In this document: piece by piece, positions 28,989 through 37,765 of the stretch | Layout of the letters: the number at the start of each line of letters is the position of its first letter | How positions within the stretch are numbered: the stretch's first letter is position 1 | Assembly (NCBI GenBank): GCA_948806215.1 | Contig: CAQIDI010000001.1 | Span: 9,115 to 73,114 of the forward strand | Direction of reading: 5' to 3' | Origin: an uncultured Eubacteriales bacterium | GTDB lineage: Bacteria; Bacillota; Clostridia; Christensenellales; UBA1242 | Length of the DNA stretch: 64,000 nt | The notes under the pieces: model-generated | Told to the model about the DNA's origin: nothing | Seen by the model: the letters and a program-made list of their open reading frames with translations, nothing else | Databases searched by the model: none | Program-made: the position numbers and the translations under genes

Positions 28989-29063
28989 TGGCAGGGGAGA
29001 AAGGACTCGAACCCTCAACCAACGGTTTTGGAGACCGCGACTCTACCATTGAGCTACTCCCCT
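28989..29063 (-). tRNA. tRNA-Trp (CCA)
   Basis: Reverse complement AGGGGAGTAGCTCAATGGTAGAGTC...CTCCAAA...GGTTCGAGTCC...CTCCCCTGCCA. Confidence 0.9.
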
Positions 29064-29205
29064 TTAGAGCATATTAAAAAATTATTATCAAATTTTAACT
29101 GCTTTTTAATTATATGTTAAATATGGTTATAAGTCAATAAATTTGCTTTATTTTAATAATCTTTAAATGATATAATATTATTAATTATTTTAAGTGGGAG
29201 TTGTT

Positions 29206-29649
29206 ATGAAGAATATTGAAATTTATACCGACGGAGCCTGTTCAGGTAATCCTGGTCCAGGAGGGTATGGTATTGTTTTAAAATATAATAACATTCAAAA
29301 AGAATATTCTGGTTACGCCGAACAAACAACAAATAATCGTATGGAACTAACAGCGGTTATTGAAGCTTTAAAGCTTTTAAAAGAACCTTGTAATGTTACA
29401 TTATATTCCGATTCGGCTTACACGCTTAATGCTTTTTTATTGGGATGGATTGATTCTTGGATTTTAAATAACTGGAAAACTGCATCAAAAAAACCTGTGT
29501 TAAATGTTGATTTGTGGAAAGAATTAATCGAGTTAAAAAACAAGCACAACATAACTTGGGTTAAAGTTAAAGGGCACGCCGATAACGAACTTAATAATTT
29601 ATGTGATAAGTTAGCAAGATTAGAGATAGAAAAAAATAGGCAAAATTAA
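29206..29649 (+). CDS. rnhA: Ribonuclease HI
   Basis: [24 protein letters not shown]..., GH..N..D catalytic DEDD layout. ATG at 29206 follows GGGAG. Confidence 0.9.
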   Translation: MKNIEIYTDGACSGNPGPGGYGIVLKYNNIQKEYSGYAEQTTNNRMELTAVIEALKLLKEPCNVTLYSDSAYTLNAFLLGWIDSWILNNWKTASKKPVLNVDLWKELIELKNKHNITWVKVKGHADNELNNLCDKLARLEIEKNRQN

Positions 29650-29668
29650 TTGCCTATTTTATTTTTTA
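29633..29668. terminator. Bidirectional terminator (rnhA / ABC permease)
   Basis: aataggcaa / ttgcctatt stem overlapping both stop codons. Confidence 0.7.
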
Positions 29669-31765
29669 AAAATCTCTAGCTTTAAATATGATGTGTGTAA
29701 GAATTATTAATAGCGAGATTGTTCCTAAATAAATACCAAGGGTAATAAATATACTTGCATTAGAAAGTAGAGTAGGAGCAAATAACGAATTAAATAATCC
29801 TGTTTGAGTAGATAAGAAACTACCACCAAAATATTTAAAGAAATCGGTATTTATAAATGGTATAAACGAATACCAGAATGCGCCACCAAATAAAATATTT
29901 AAGCTATATGCTAAAATAAATGTTATAAACGAAATAGAAATTGCTGCAGTGTAGGAACGGAATATTGTGGAAATTGAAAGAGCTAAAACTGCATAGAAGA
30001 AAATTTCTAATATTGTTGAGCAAATATAAATTGCCATTAGTAGAGCAGGATTAATAGCAAACGCTACCTGACCATTAAGAACTGCTAAAACAGGTGCGGA
30101 ACTTAATGGATATAAACAAATTCCTGCAACCAACGAAATTATAGCACTAAACAAAACAAATACTATTACAAAGAACATTGTTGCAAATAATTTCCCGGTA
30201 ATAATTTTCCAACGCCTAAATGGACGCATTGCTAATAGTTTTATTGTTCCACTATCATATTCAGAAGCAATTAAACTTGCTGCCATTAAAATTGCAAATG
30301 CAGAAATTAAAACTGTAGCAATTTTCATTGCATAAAACATAAAGTCGTATGCATTGGTTTCGGTTGTGCTATTTTTGTTAAATGAGAATACATCGGAGTA
30401 ATGTTGATTATAAACACCATTAAATATATAATATTTTGCTCTGGATAAATTTTCTTTTGTTTCGTAATAGTTAAATTTATCAAATTCGTTAAATTTTGTA
30501 ATTTGTGTTGAGCCAAATTTTTCGGTTGCTTCTAAATCTAGTGTTGTATCAATTAATAATGTTGTGTTATTGGCCAAAACTCTGTAACTTGTTATTAAAT
30601 CGTTTAAAGCTGCAATCTTTTTAATATCTGCACTAGAAGCATCTTTGTTGGCTGTTTCTATGCTTGTTGTTAAGCCTGTTTTTAGTTCGGCTATATTTTT
30701 ATTTATTGTTTTCTTTAAATCTTCAAGAGTTTTTGTACTTACTCTATAGTAGGAAAGGTTAGTTGAAAATGTTGATAATTTTTCGTCTAATTTAGTTTTA
30801 TCAATGCTTTTAGCAATTATTGTGTGTCGTTCGTGGTTAGTAAGGTTAGCATTTGCATTGTTAGGATCTGAGAACGAATTTAATTGTGATATAACCGATG
30901 TGAAAGATTTTATTAATTCTTCATATTCGGCTTTTTCAACAAATATTAAACGATAATCGTTTTTAAACAAGGTGTTTGTAAATGTTTGTGCATTTATTAC
31001 AACAGCTTTTAATTCGTTTAATCTAGCTTCGTATTGATCGGCATAACTAGGAGATGGGTTGTTATAAACTAGGTGAGTATACTTAACAGTTTGATCTTTA
31101 ATTTGTTTAGCAAACTCGTTTAAAGAATTTTTAATTGCGTTATCATCGTTATCGGCAACCTTATTTAGTTTGTCTAAATATTGGTTGTTTGTAATTCTGC
31201 TTATAAACGAAGAAGGGCTTTCTTTTGAATCTAAAATAATTTTATCAAGTATTTCTCCAACATCTGTAAATAAGTTAATTTTTACATATTCAGTATAAAA
31301 TGTGCTTGAAGCAGTTAATGTAGAAACATCGCTATAAATTGTTTTATATTCGTTTAACTTTGCTTTAACATCATTAAATATTTTGTTTGTGGTTGTTTCA
31401 GGATCTTTTGCAGCAACCGAATTTTTTAAATCAGTAAACAGAGCAGAGAATTCGGTGTTAACTTTGTTTAAATTTTGAGCACGATTATTTAATAATAAAT
31501 AAAAATCTAGTTTAGTTAAATTTGCATCAATAAGATTATCGAATTCCGATTTTTTATAGTTAGAAGTAGAATCGTTCATAAATTTATCGTAAACTTGTCC
31601 AACTGTGCTACCTGTTAATTTAACAGTAAAATCTTGTTTTCCAACAGGTTCAAAAAAAAGTAAGGAAAGAACTAATACAGATGCCAAAATTACACCCATA
31701 ATATAAACACTTGGTTTTTTGAATATTTTTATAAATTCTGCTTTAGCAATTCTAAAAACACCCAT
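29666..31765 (-). CDS. ABC-2 type transporter permease with a very large extracytoplasmic insert
   Basis: One N-terminal TM helix, about 440 aa hydrophilic Lys/Asn/Glu/Leu-rich region, then 5-6 TM helices with an SEYDSGTIKLL ABC-2 motif. RBS aggagaa. 12 nt downstream of the ATPase gene. Confidence 0.65.
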   Translation of the reverse strand: MGVFRIAKAEFIKIFKKPSVYIMGVILASVLVLSLLFFEPVGKQDFTVKLTGSTVGQVYDKFMNDSTSNYKKSEFDNLIDANLTKLDFYLLLNNRAQNLNKVNTEFSALFTDLKNSVAAKDPETTTNKIFNDVKAKLNEYKTIYSDVSTLTASSTFYTEYVKINLFTDVGEILDKIILDSKESPSSFISRITNNQYLDKLNKVADNDDNAIKNSLNEFAKQIKDQTVKYTHLVYNNPSPSYADQYEARLNELKAVVINAQTFTNTLFKNDYRLIFVEKAEYEELIKSFTSVISQLNSFSDPNNANANLTNHERHTIIAKSIDKTKLDEKLSTFSTNLSYYRVSTKTLEDLKKTINKNIAELKTGLTTSIETANKDASSADIKKIAALNDLITSYRVLANNTTLLIDTTLDLEATEKFGSTQITKFNEFDKFNYYETKENLSRAKYYIFNGVYNQHYSDVFSFNKNSTTETNAYDFMFYAMKIATVLISAFAILMAASLIASEYDSGTIKLLAMRPFRRWKIITGKLFATMFFVIVFVLFSAIISLVAGICLYPLSSAPVLAVLNGQVAFAINPALLMAIYICSTILEIFFYAVLALSISTIFRSYTAAISISFITFILAYSLNILFGGAFWYSFIPFINTDFFKYFGGSFLSTQTGLFNSLFAPTLLSNASIFITLGIYLGTISLLIILTHIIFKARDF

Positions 31766-31777
31766 ATTGTTCTCCTG

Positions 31778-32716
31778 TTAGAATATTTGAATAGTTCCAT
31801 TATTTTTGGATTTTAGTAAATCCATAAATATTTCTTCTAAAGATTTAGTTATAAATTCAACGCCGAAAACCGAAAGGCCGTTATCTAGTAGGCGTCTATT
31901 TATTTCTGCAACATTATCTTCTGTTGTGTAAACATAAATACTATTTCCAGCAACATCAACTTGATAATGAAATTCGTTCATAATAACTTTGCCAGCAAAG
32001 TTAGGGTAGTCAACTTTAAATTTGATTTTTCTTGAACCAACAACACCTTCTTTTAATTGGTTAATTGTTTTTAGTTCTATTAATTGACCATTGTTAATAA
32101 CTGCAAGGGTATCGCATAGTTGTTCCATTTCGGCTAACATATGCGAACTAACCATAATTGCAATTTTATATTTTTTTGCAAGATTTTTTAAAAAGTCACG
32201 CATTTCAACAACACCCTGAGGGTCTAATCCGCTTAACGGTTCGTCCAAAATTAAAAGTTTAGGATTGTGCAAAAGTGCTTGTGCTATTCCTAATCTTTGG
32301 CGCATACCTAAAGAATAGAACTTAACTTTATCTTTTAACCTGTTTTCAAGACCAACAATTTTTGCGTAGGAAAGTATTGTGCTTTTTTTAATACCTTTAT
32401 AAAGGCTAGCATAATATTTTAAATTGTCGTAACCACTCATATAACCATACATTAAAGGATTTTCTATAATGCCACCAGTTAATTGCATTGCTTTTTCAAA
32501 ATCTTTTTTAACTGAAAATCCGCATATAGTAATATTGCCACGAGTTGGTTTAGTAAGGCCACAAATCATTCGCATAGTTGTTGTTTTTCCAGCACCATTT
32601 GGGCCAAGAAAACCAAAAATTTCTCCTTCGTGAATTTGAAAGGAGATATTATTAACAGCAACTCTATCGTCGAATGCTTTTGTTACGTTTTCTAAATTTA
32701 AAATTACATTACTCAA
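31778..32716 (-). CDS. ABC transporter ATP-binding protein
   Basis: Walker A GPNGAGKTT, Q-loop, signature LSGLD-like (YSLGMRQRL), Walker B LLILDEP, H-loop. TTG at 32716 preceded by AGAGGA is preferred over the tracked ATG at 32746. Confidence 0.85.
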   Translation of the reverse strand: MSNVILNLENVTKAFDDRVAVNNISFQIHEGEIFGFLGPNGAGKTTTMRMICGLTKPTRGNITICGFSVKKDFEKAMQLTGGIIENPLMYGYMSGYDNLKYYASLYKGIKKSTILSYAKIVGLENRLKDKVKFYSLGMRQRLGIAQALLHNPKLLILDEPLSGLDPQGVVEMRDFLKNLAKKYKIAIMVSSHMLAEMEQLCDTLAVINNGQLIELKTINQLKEGVVGSRKIKFKVDYPNFAGKVIMNEFHYQVDVAGNSIYVYTTEDNVAEINRRLLDNGLSVFGVEFITKSLEEIFMDLLKSKNNGTIQIF

Positions 32717-32863
32717 AATAAAATCCTCTGTTTGATGGATTAGCATTGTTTTGATTTTGTAAACACTATTTATATTTTACCACACTAAATATTATTTGTA
32801 AAGTCATAAAATAGGCATATATATAATATAAATATTATATATTTTTTAATATAAGAGGGGAAA

Positions 32864-33763
32864 ATGCTCAAAAAAAAATATATTTATTTTATAACTGTTA
32901 TATTATTACCAATAATAGTGGTTATAAATTATTTTCTTAATAATAAATTACAAACAGAATTTTGGGTAAAAATTGTTGTTATACTGTCTAGTTTTGCCCT
33001 AAGTTTAATATCAATAGTTTTTTATAAAATAAAAAATACTTTTTGGCAGAGATTAACATTTTTAGGCAATATTATTTTATGTGTTGCAGTTAGTGTTTTA
33101 TCTATTTTTAGCAGTTACGATTTACTTTATGTTTTTTCTTCAATCGCTTCGTTTAAAGAATTTATATTATCCACAAAAGAAATGGGAATGATTATTTATG
33201 TTTTAGTTCAAATGGGACAGGTAATGTTATTACCAATTCCTTCTATGATAATAACTTTAGCAGGTGTTGCAATTTATGGACCACTGTTAGGTTCACTACT
33301 TTGCAGTGCAGGTGTTTTAGCGGGTTCATATGCTTCGTTCTTCATTGGAAAAACATTCGGGTTTAAGTTGGTTTCTTGGGTTGCAGGAAAGGAAAGCGCA
33401 ACAAAGTATGCCGATATAATTAATAAAAGAGGAAAGTTCTTTTTAATAATTGCATTTTTACTTCCTTTATTTCCAGATGATATATTGTGTTTAATAGCAG
33501 GAATTACAACTATGAAGTTTAAGCACTTTTTCTGGATAGCTTCAATAACTAGACCAATTGGTGTAATTTGTATGAGCTACTTTGGTGGTGGTTACATTAT
33601 TCCTTTTAGTGGCTGGGGATTATATGTTTGGCCATTTATATTACTTCTTGCAATAGTTGCAGTTGTTGTTTCAACAAAATATCAACCACAAATGGAAAAA
33701 TGGATTATTGATAAACTTTATAAGTTTAATTTTAGTAAGAAAAATAAAAGTAAAAATACCTAG
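32864..33763 (+). CDS. TVP38/TMEM64 (DedA-related) family membrane protein
   Basis: Polytopic membrane protein with LLPLFPDDILCLIAG motif. Confidence 0.7.
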   Translation: MLKKKYIYFITVILLPIIVVINYFLNNKLQTEFWVKIVVILSSFALSLISIVFYKIKNTFWQRLTFLGNIILCVAVSVLSIFSSYDLLYVFSSIASFKEFILSTKEMGMIIYVLVQMGQVMLLPIPSMIITLAGVAIYGPLLGSLLCSAGVLAGSYASFFIGKTFGFKLVSWVAGKESATKYADIINKRGKFFLIIAFLLPLFPDDILCLIAGITTMKFKHFFWIASITRPIGVICMSYFGGGYIIPFSGWGLYVWPFILLLAIVAVVVSTKYQPQMEKWIIDKLYKFNFSKKNKSKNT

Positions 33764-33786
33764 ATTAATTTCTAGGTATTTTTTTA
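33752..33786. terminator. Bidirectional terminator
   Basis: aatacctaga / tctaggtatt 10-bp stem flanked by A and T runs. Confidence 0.85.
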
Positions 33787-35673
33787 ATATATGCGTTTAT
33801 CTTGTAACACTATTTTATAAATAAGTGGTGCAATAATATAGTTTATAAAGAATATAATTGGAAGTAATAGTTTAGCTGCAAACATTGAAACATTTTGTGT
33901 GTTTAATCCTGCAAATGTGCAACCAGCATAGGTTAGAGCACAACTAGCTAAAAATAATAATATCCCGAAAATTAATGTGTATCTAAATCGGAATGTATTT
34001 TCCGTTCTTTTTTCTGGAGCAATAAAATAAGGTATTATGCAAATTAGTAAAAAAGCAATAGATATAGCGTAAAATACAGCGAATAATATGTAATCGTTAC
34101 CAACTAGAAGGTTATAGGATTTTAAAATTATAAACAAAACACTAATTTGTAATATCATTAAAATCGAAGAAAGTAATCCAAAGTTAAATCTTGCTTTATT
34201 TATTAAAATAAAGTTTGATTTATTTTCTTTTTCTTCAGTTGTATCGGCATTATATGGTTTAAATTTAAAATCGCTATTAGCTGTTAAATCAGAATAAGAA
34301 TGATATGTTCTATCCACATTTGTTATAGCTTGTTCTATTTCATATTCTTCAATTTTATTTTCTTCATATAAACTATTTTCGCTAATTTCTAATGTGTTAT
34401 TTTGTTCAGGTTCGTCTTTTGCAAGCAATTCGCCTAAAATGTTTTTATAATCAATATCGTCTTCTGAGTTAGTTTTTTCGTTTATAATTTTATCTAGTTT
34501 TTGAGTGAATTGCTTATTTTTTTCTTCTCGCTGTTCTTCTGTCAATTCTTCAACAGCTTCTTTCTTTTTAGGTTTATAAACTGGGTCGTTATATTCAATT
34601 CTTGCACCAACATTATCAAAAATCTTTTTGGTTGCAGGTTTTTCTTCAATAGTTTCCCCAACTTTTATTATGCCATATTCATCCATAACAATTTGATTTT
34701 TTAGTGGTTTTTCTTCTTCTATGGATTCAGCATAAATTTGATTTTCTGGTTTATTTTGTTTATATTCTTCCCAAGTAAAATATTCTTGTTCTTTTTCTTG
34801 AATTAATGGTATTTCTTTTTTAGTTTGAGTTGGAGCAGAGTAGGTGGTGTTATCGTTTGATTTAATTGAGTTTATTGATTCTATATCAACTTTTTCTTCT
34901 GTTTTAGAAACATTATTTTCTGTTTTAGAAAACATATCAACTTGAATAGAGCTTTCATCCTGAACAAATTTCTTTTTCTTTTTGTTAGATGAGTTAATGT
35001 TGCTTTCAAGTAATGCAAAAACATCATAATCTTCGTCATCAACATTGCTTGTTACAGTTTCTTCTTCTTCTTCTAATTCTTCTAATTCTTGTTCAATATC
35101 GGCACTTTCTAACTCTAAATTGTTTTCTTCAACAATCTGTTCTTCTTTTGTTTCAATAAAAGTTGGAACAATTTCTTCGTCAAAATTAGTTTTTGTTGGA
35201 ATTTCGTTAACTTCAATGCGTAACTGTTCAACTTTCTCAATGCTTTTTTCAATTGGAGTAGGGGTGTTAATTGTTTGAACACTTTCGATTGGTTCATTAT
35301 TATAAACTTCTAACTTTGTGTTTGATGTTGGTTCATCAAAATCGTCGTCTAAATCAAAATCAAAGTTATCATCAAGGTCGGCATCAATTTTTAAAACATT
35401 TTTATTGTAGTGATTTTTTCCGGTTTCTGTAATAGTGTAGTAATGGCGTTTTCCACCAATATCACTATCACCCCAATAAGAGGTTATAAAGCCTTTAGTT
35501 TCAAAACGCTTTAAACTAGAATATAAACTAGGTTGTTTTAAAATTATTTTACCATTGCTTTTTTCTTCTACGATTTTAATAATTTCGTAGCCATATTTAT
35601 CACCAGAAAGTAAGCTTTCTAGAATAATATTATTAACAAAACCACGAGAAGCAGGGCGTTTGCGTGCAGGCAT
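33784..35673 (-). CDS. PadR-family winged-helix regulator fused to a long acidic linker and a C-terminal polytopic membrane domain
   Basis: N-terminus ILESLLSGDKYGYEIIKIVEEKSNGKIILKQPSLYSSLKRFETKGFITSYWGDSDIGGKRHYYTITETGKNHY matches the PadR pattern. About 370 aa Asp/Glu/Asn/Lys-rich linker follows. The last ~150 aa contain 4-5 hydrophobic helices. ATG at 35673 follows AGGAGG. Confidence 0.7.
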   Translation of the reverse strand: MPARKRPASRGFVNNIILESLLSGDKYGYEIIKIVEEKSNGKIILKQPSLYSSLKRFETKGFITSYWGDSDIGGKRHYYTITETGKNHYNKNVLKIDADLDDNFDFDLDDDFDEPTSNTKLEVYNNEPIESVQTINTPTPIEKSIEKVEQLRIEVNEIPTKTNFDEEIVPTFIETKEEQIVEENNLELESADIEQELEELEEEEETVTSNVDDEDYDVFALLESNINSSNKKKKKFVQDESSIQVDMFSKTENNVSKTEEKVDIESINSIKSNDNTTYSAPTQTKKEIPLIQEKEQEYFTWEEYKQNKPENQIYAESIEEEKPLKNQIVMDEYGIIKVGETIEEKPATKKIFDNVGARIEYNDPVYKPKKKEAVEELTEEQREEKNKQFTQKLDKIINEKTNSEDDIDYKNILGELLAKDEPEQNNTLEISENSLYEENKIEEYEIEQAITNVDRTYHSYSDLTANSDFKFKPYNADTTEEKENKSNFILINKARFNFGLLSSILMILQISVLFIILKSYNLLVGNDYILFAVFYAISIAFLLICIIPYFIAPEKRTENTFRFRYTLIFGILLFLASCALTYAGCTFAGLNTQNVSMFAAKLLLPIIFFINYIIAPLIYKIVLQDKRIY

Positions 35674-35863
35674 AAACAATCCTCCTAAAAAATTGAATAA
35701 CCAATTTTTAACTTTATACTAATATATTATAAAATGTTACAAAATTAGTCAAATAAAATACTATGCAAAATGCTATGCAAATTATCAATTTAATTATAAA
35801 AACTAGCCATTTTCTATAGTTTTTTGGTATAATATGGTAAGTAAAAGTTTTAAGGTTAAATTT

Positions 35864-36535
35864 ATGGTTACACCAGATACAATAATCAGAACAAATAGAA
35901 GAAGTTTATCGCTTACCATTGCAAAGGATGGTAAACTTGTTGTTAGAGCTCCTAAAAGGCTTAGTATGGATTATATTTATTCCTTTATAAAACAAAAAGA
36001 GAAGTGGATTTTAAACAAACAACGCGAAATTCAATGTTCAAAACAAAACAATAAAGAATTAATTAATTATAAAAAATTTATGTTTTGTGGCAAAGAATAT
36101 GAAAAAATTGAAATTAATAAACTAAAAGATATTGAAATTTCTAACGATAATATATTTGTTCCAGCTAACATTGATTGTCAAAAACTAACTGTTTTAATGC
36201 TAAAATGGTATAGCAAACTAACAAAAGATATAATAAAAAACAGATTGCCTTATTTTATTAATTTAATGCAAGTGGAATTAACAGCAGTAAAAATAGATAA
36301 TTCGAAAGCAAAATGGGGCAGTTGCGATAGTAAGGGGGTTATTAAATTTAACCTACGCTTAGCAATGCTGCCACATAAGGTGATTGATTATATTTTAATT
36401 CACGAACTTAGCCACTTGGTAGAATTTAATCATAGTAAAAACTTTTATGCAATTATAGAAAGTGTTATGCCAGACTATAAAAAATATAGAGCACAGTTAA
36501 AAGACTTATCTTTTTTGCTTCAGCTTTTACGATAA
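35864..36535 (+). CDS. DUF45/YgjP-like HExxH metal-dependent hydrolase
   Basis: RRSLSLTIAKDGKLVVRAP N-terminal strand pattern and IHELSHLVEFNHS zinc motif. ATG at 35864 (aagg RBS) lies downstream of a TGgTATAAT at 35825-35833 that abuts the tracked ATG at 35834. Confidence 0.65.
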   Translation: MVTPDTIIRTNRRSLSLTIAKDGKLVVRAPKRLSMDYIYSFIKQKEKWILNKQREIQCSKQNNKELINYKKFMFCGKEYEKIEINKLKDIEISNDNIFVPANIDCQKLTVLMLKWYSKLTKDIIKNRLPYFINLMQVELTAVKIDNSKAKWGSCDSKGVIKFNLRLAMLPHKVIDYILIHELSHLVEFNHSKNFYAIIESVMPDYKKYRAQLKDLSFLLQLLR

Positions 36536-36688
36536 AATAACAATTAATTTGTCAAAATTTTTTAAAGGGCAGATAAAACTGCCTTTAAAAGATAATTAAA
36601 AACTATTCGCAAAAGACAGCTTTTGCGAATAAAGTAGGCTATAAAACGGGGCTTTTTAACATATTTAATATTTTTTATAATTTAAAAT

Positions 36689-36718
36689 GAAAAAACGACT
36701 TAATAACTAAATTAAGCC
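36689..36718 (-). terminator. Terminator of the 299-aa orphan gene
   Basis: Minus strand: ggcttaat-ttagtt-attaagtc followed by gtttttt. Confidence 0.6.
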
Positions 36719-36763
36719 ATTTTTTAATGTTATGCATAATACGAAAATTAGTTTTGCATAGTA

Positions 36764-37663
36764 CTAGTTTTTATTATTTACTGTTAATTTTTTTAAAGCT
36801 TTTTCTATTTGTGAAATACTATGTTTTGCATATAAAGATGAAAACGATTTATATTTTGATGTGTAAGCAAAATCTTGTTCATCTATTGTTTTATATTCTT
36901 TTAAATTTTTGTTTCTTAAAATGTTTAAAATATTCATAATTGTTTTTTCGGTTCTATCTGCAAAAAATTCGTTTGGCACATTATATAAAATTGTTTCAAA
37001 AACTTCAAACTCTAAGTTATTAACCTTTTTTTGTTGCATAAATATATTTTTAAAAGCAATTAAGTATTCGTAAAATAAACCATTTGTGCTATTATCTTTA
37101 TCAATTATGTTTTTAATGCTAATTAATGGATATTCAATTTCAACAGCATTTAATTCATCATTATAATAAATAACGCCTTCTACATCGTTTTCGTTTTTAT
37201 ATGTGAAGCAAGGAATAACTTTTAACATATAATTAACCATTTTCTCATCAATTTCTTCGTTATAAGAAATATTAATAGAATATTTTTCTAACCATAAAGT
37301 TGTGTTTGAATCAAATACTTGAACAAATTCGTTAATTAAACCCTCTTTAATTTCCTTTAGTGTTAAGTGAAGATCTTTAATTTTGTCATCTTTAACTTTC
37401 CTTTCAAATTTTTTATCAGTTATTGCCTTTATATTTGCTGGTTGATTTATTTCAACATATAAAGTTATATAGTTTGTTTTACTAGTGTTAGTGTTAAAAA
37501 CATAATCATCATAATAATAAAACTTAAAATTTTCTGCCTTAAACATTGCTTTATCGGCAAAATAACTATTAACAACTTGTTTTGTTAATTCCATAAAGTT
37601 TTCACTAACATTATCATAATTAATTGTGTTTGTTACTGTTAAAAAATTTTCTAAATTAAACAT
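36764..37663 (-). CDS. Hypothetical protein (orphan, 299 aa)
   Basis: Clean ORF with RBS gaggtaaaaa, own terminator, very AT-rich. No motif I can name. The strand pattern (YITLYVEIN ... LKVIPCF) is faintly reminiscent of a minimal nucleotidyltransferase fold but lacks GS and DxD residues. Confidence 0.5.
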   Translation of the reverse strand: MFNLENFLTVTNTINYDNVSENFMELTKQVVNSYFADKAMFKAENFKFYYYDDYVFNTNTSKTNYITLYVEINQPANIKAITDKKFERKVKDDKIKDLHLTLKEIKEGLINEFVQVFDSNTTLWLEKYSINISYNEEIDEKMVNYMLKVIPCFTYKNENDVEGVIYYNDELNAVEIEYPLISIKNIIDKDNSTNGLFYEYLIAFKNIFMQQKKVNNLEFEVFETILYNVPNEFFADRTEKTIMNILNILRNKNLKEYKTIDEQDFAYTSKYKSFSSLYAKHSISQIEKALKKLTVNNKN

Positions 37664-37765
37664 TTTTTACCTCAAATTTGTTTTCTTATGTTTATTCTAA
37701 CATATATGCTTTAAATTGTCATTAATTTAATTTTGTAAAATAATTAAATTTGATATAATAAAAAT

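Noticed and set aside
29095-29122. dif-like sequence (TATGTTAAAT matches the XerD arm of E. coli dif) in the rnhA upstream region
   Set aside because: The inner ATAA-N6-TTAT palindrome and any XerC arm are missing. Only a 10-nt AT-rich match remains, which is expected by chance here.
36727-36939. 70-aa plus-strand ORF overlapping the 3' end of the 299-aa orphan
   Set aside because: Leu/Phe/Tyr-rich translation of AT-rich antisense sequence. It starts inside the terminator hairpin and has no RBS.
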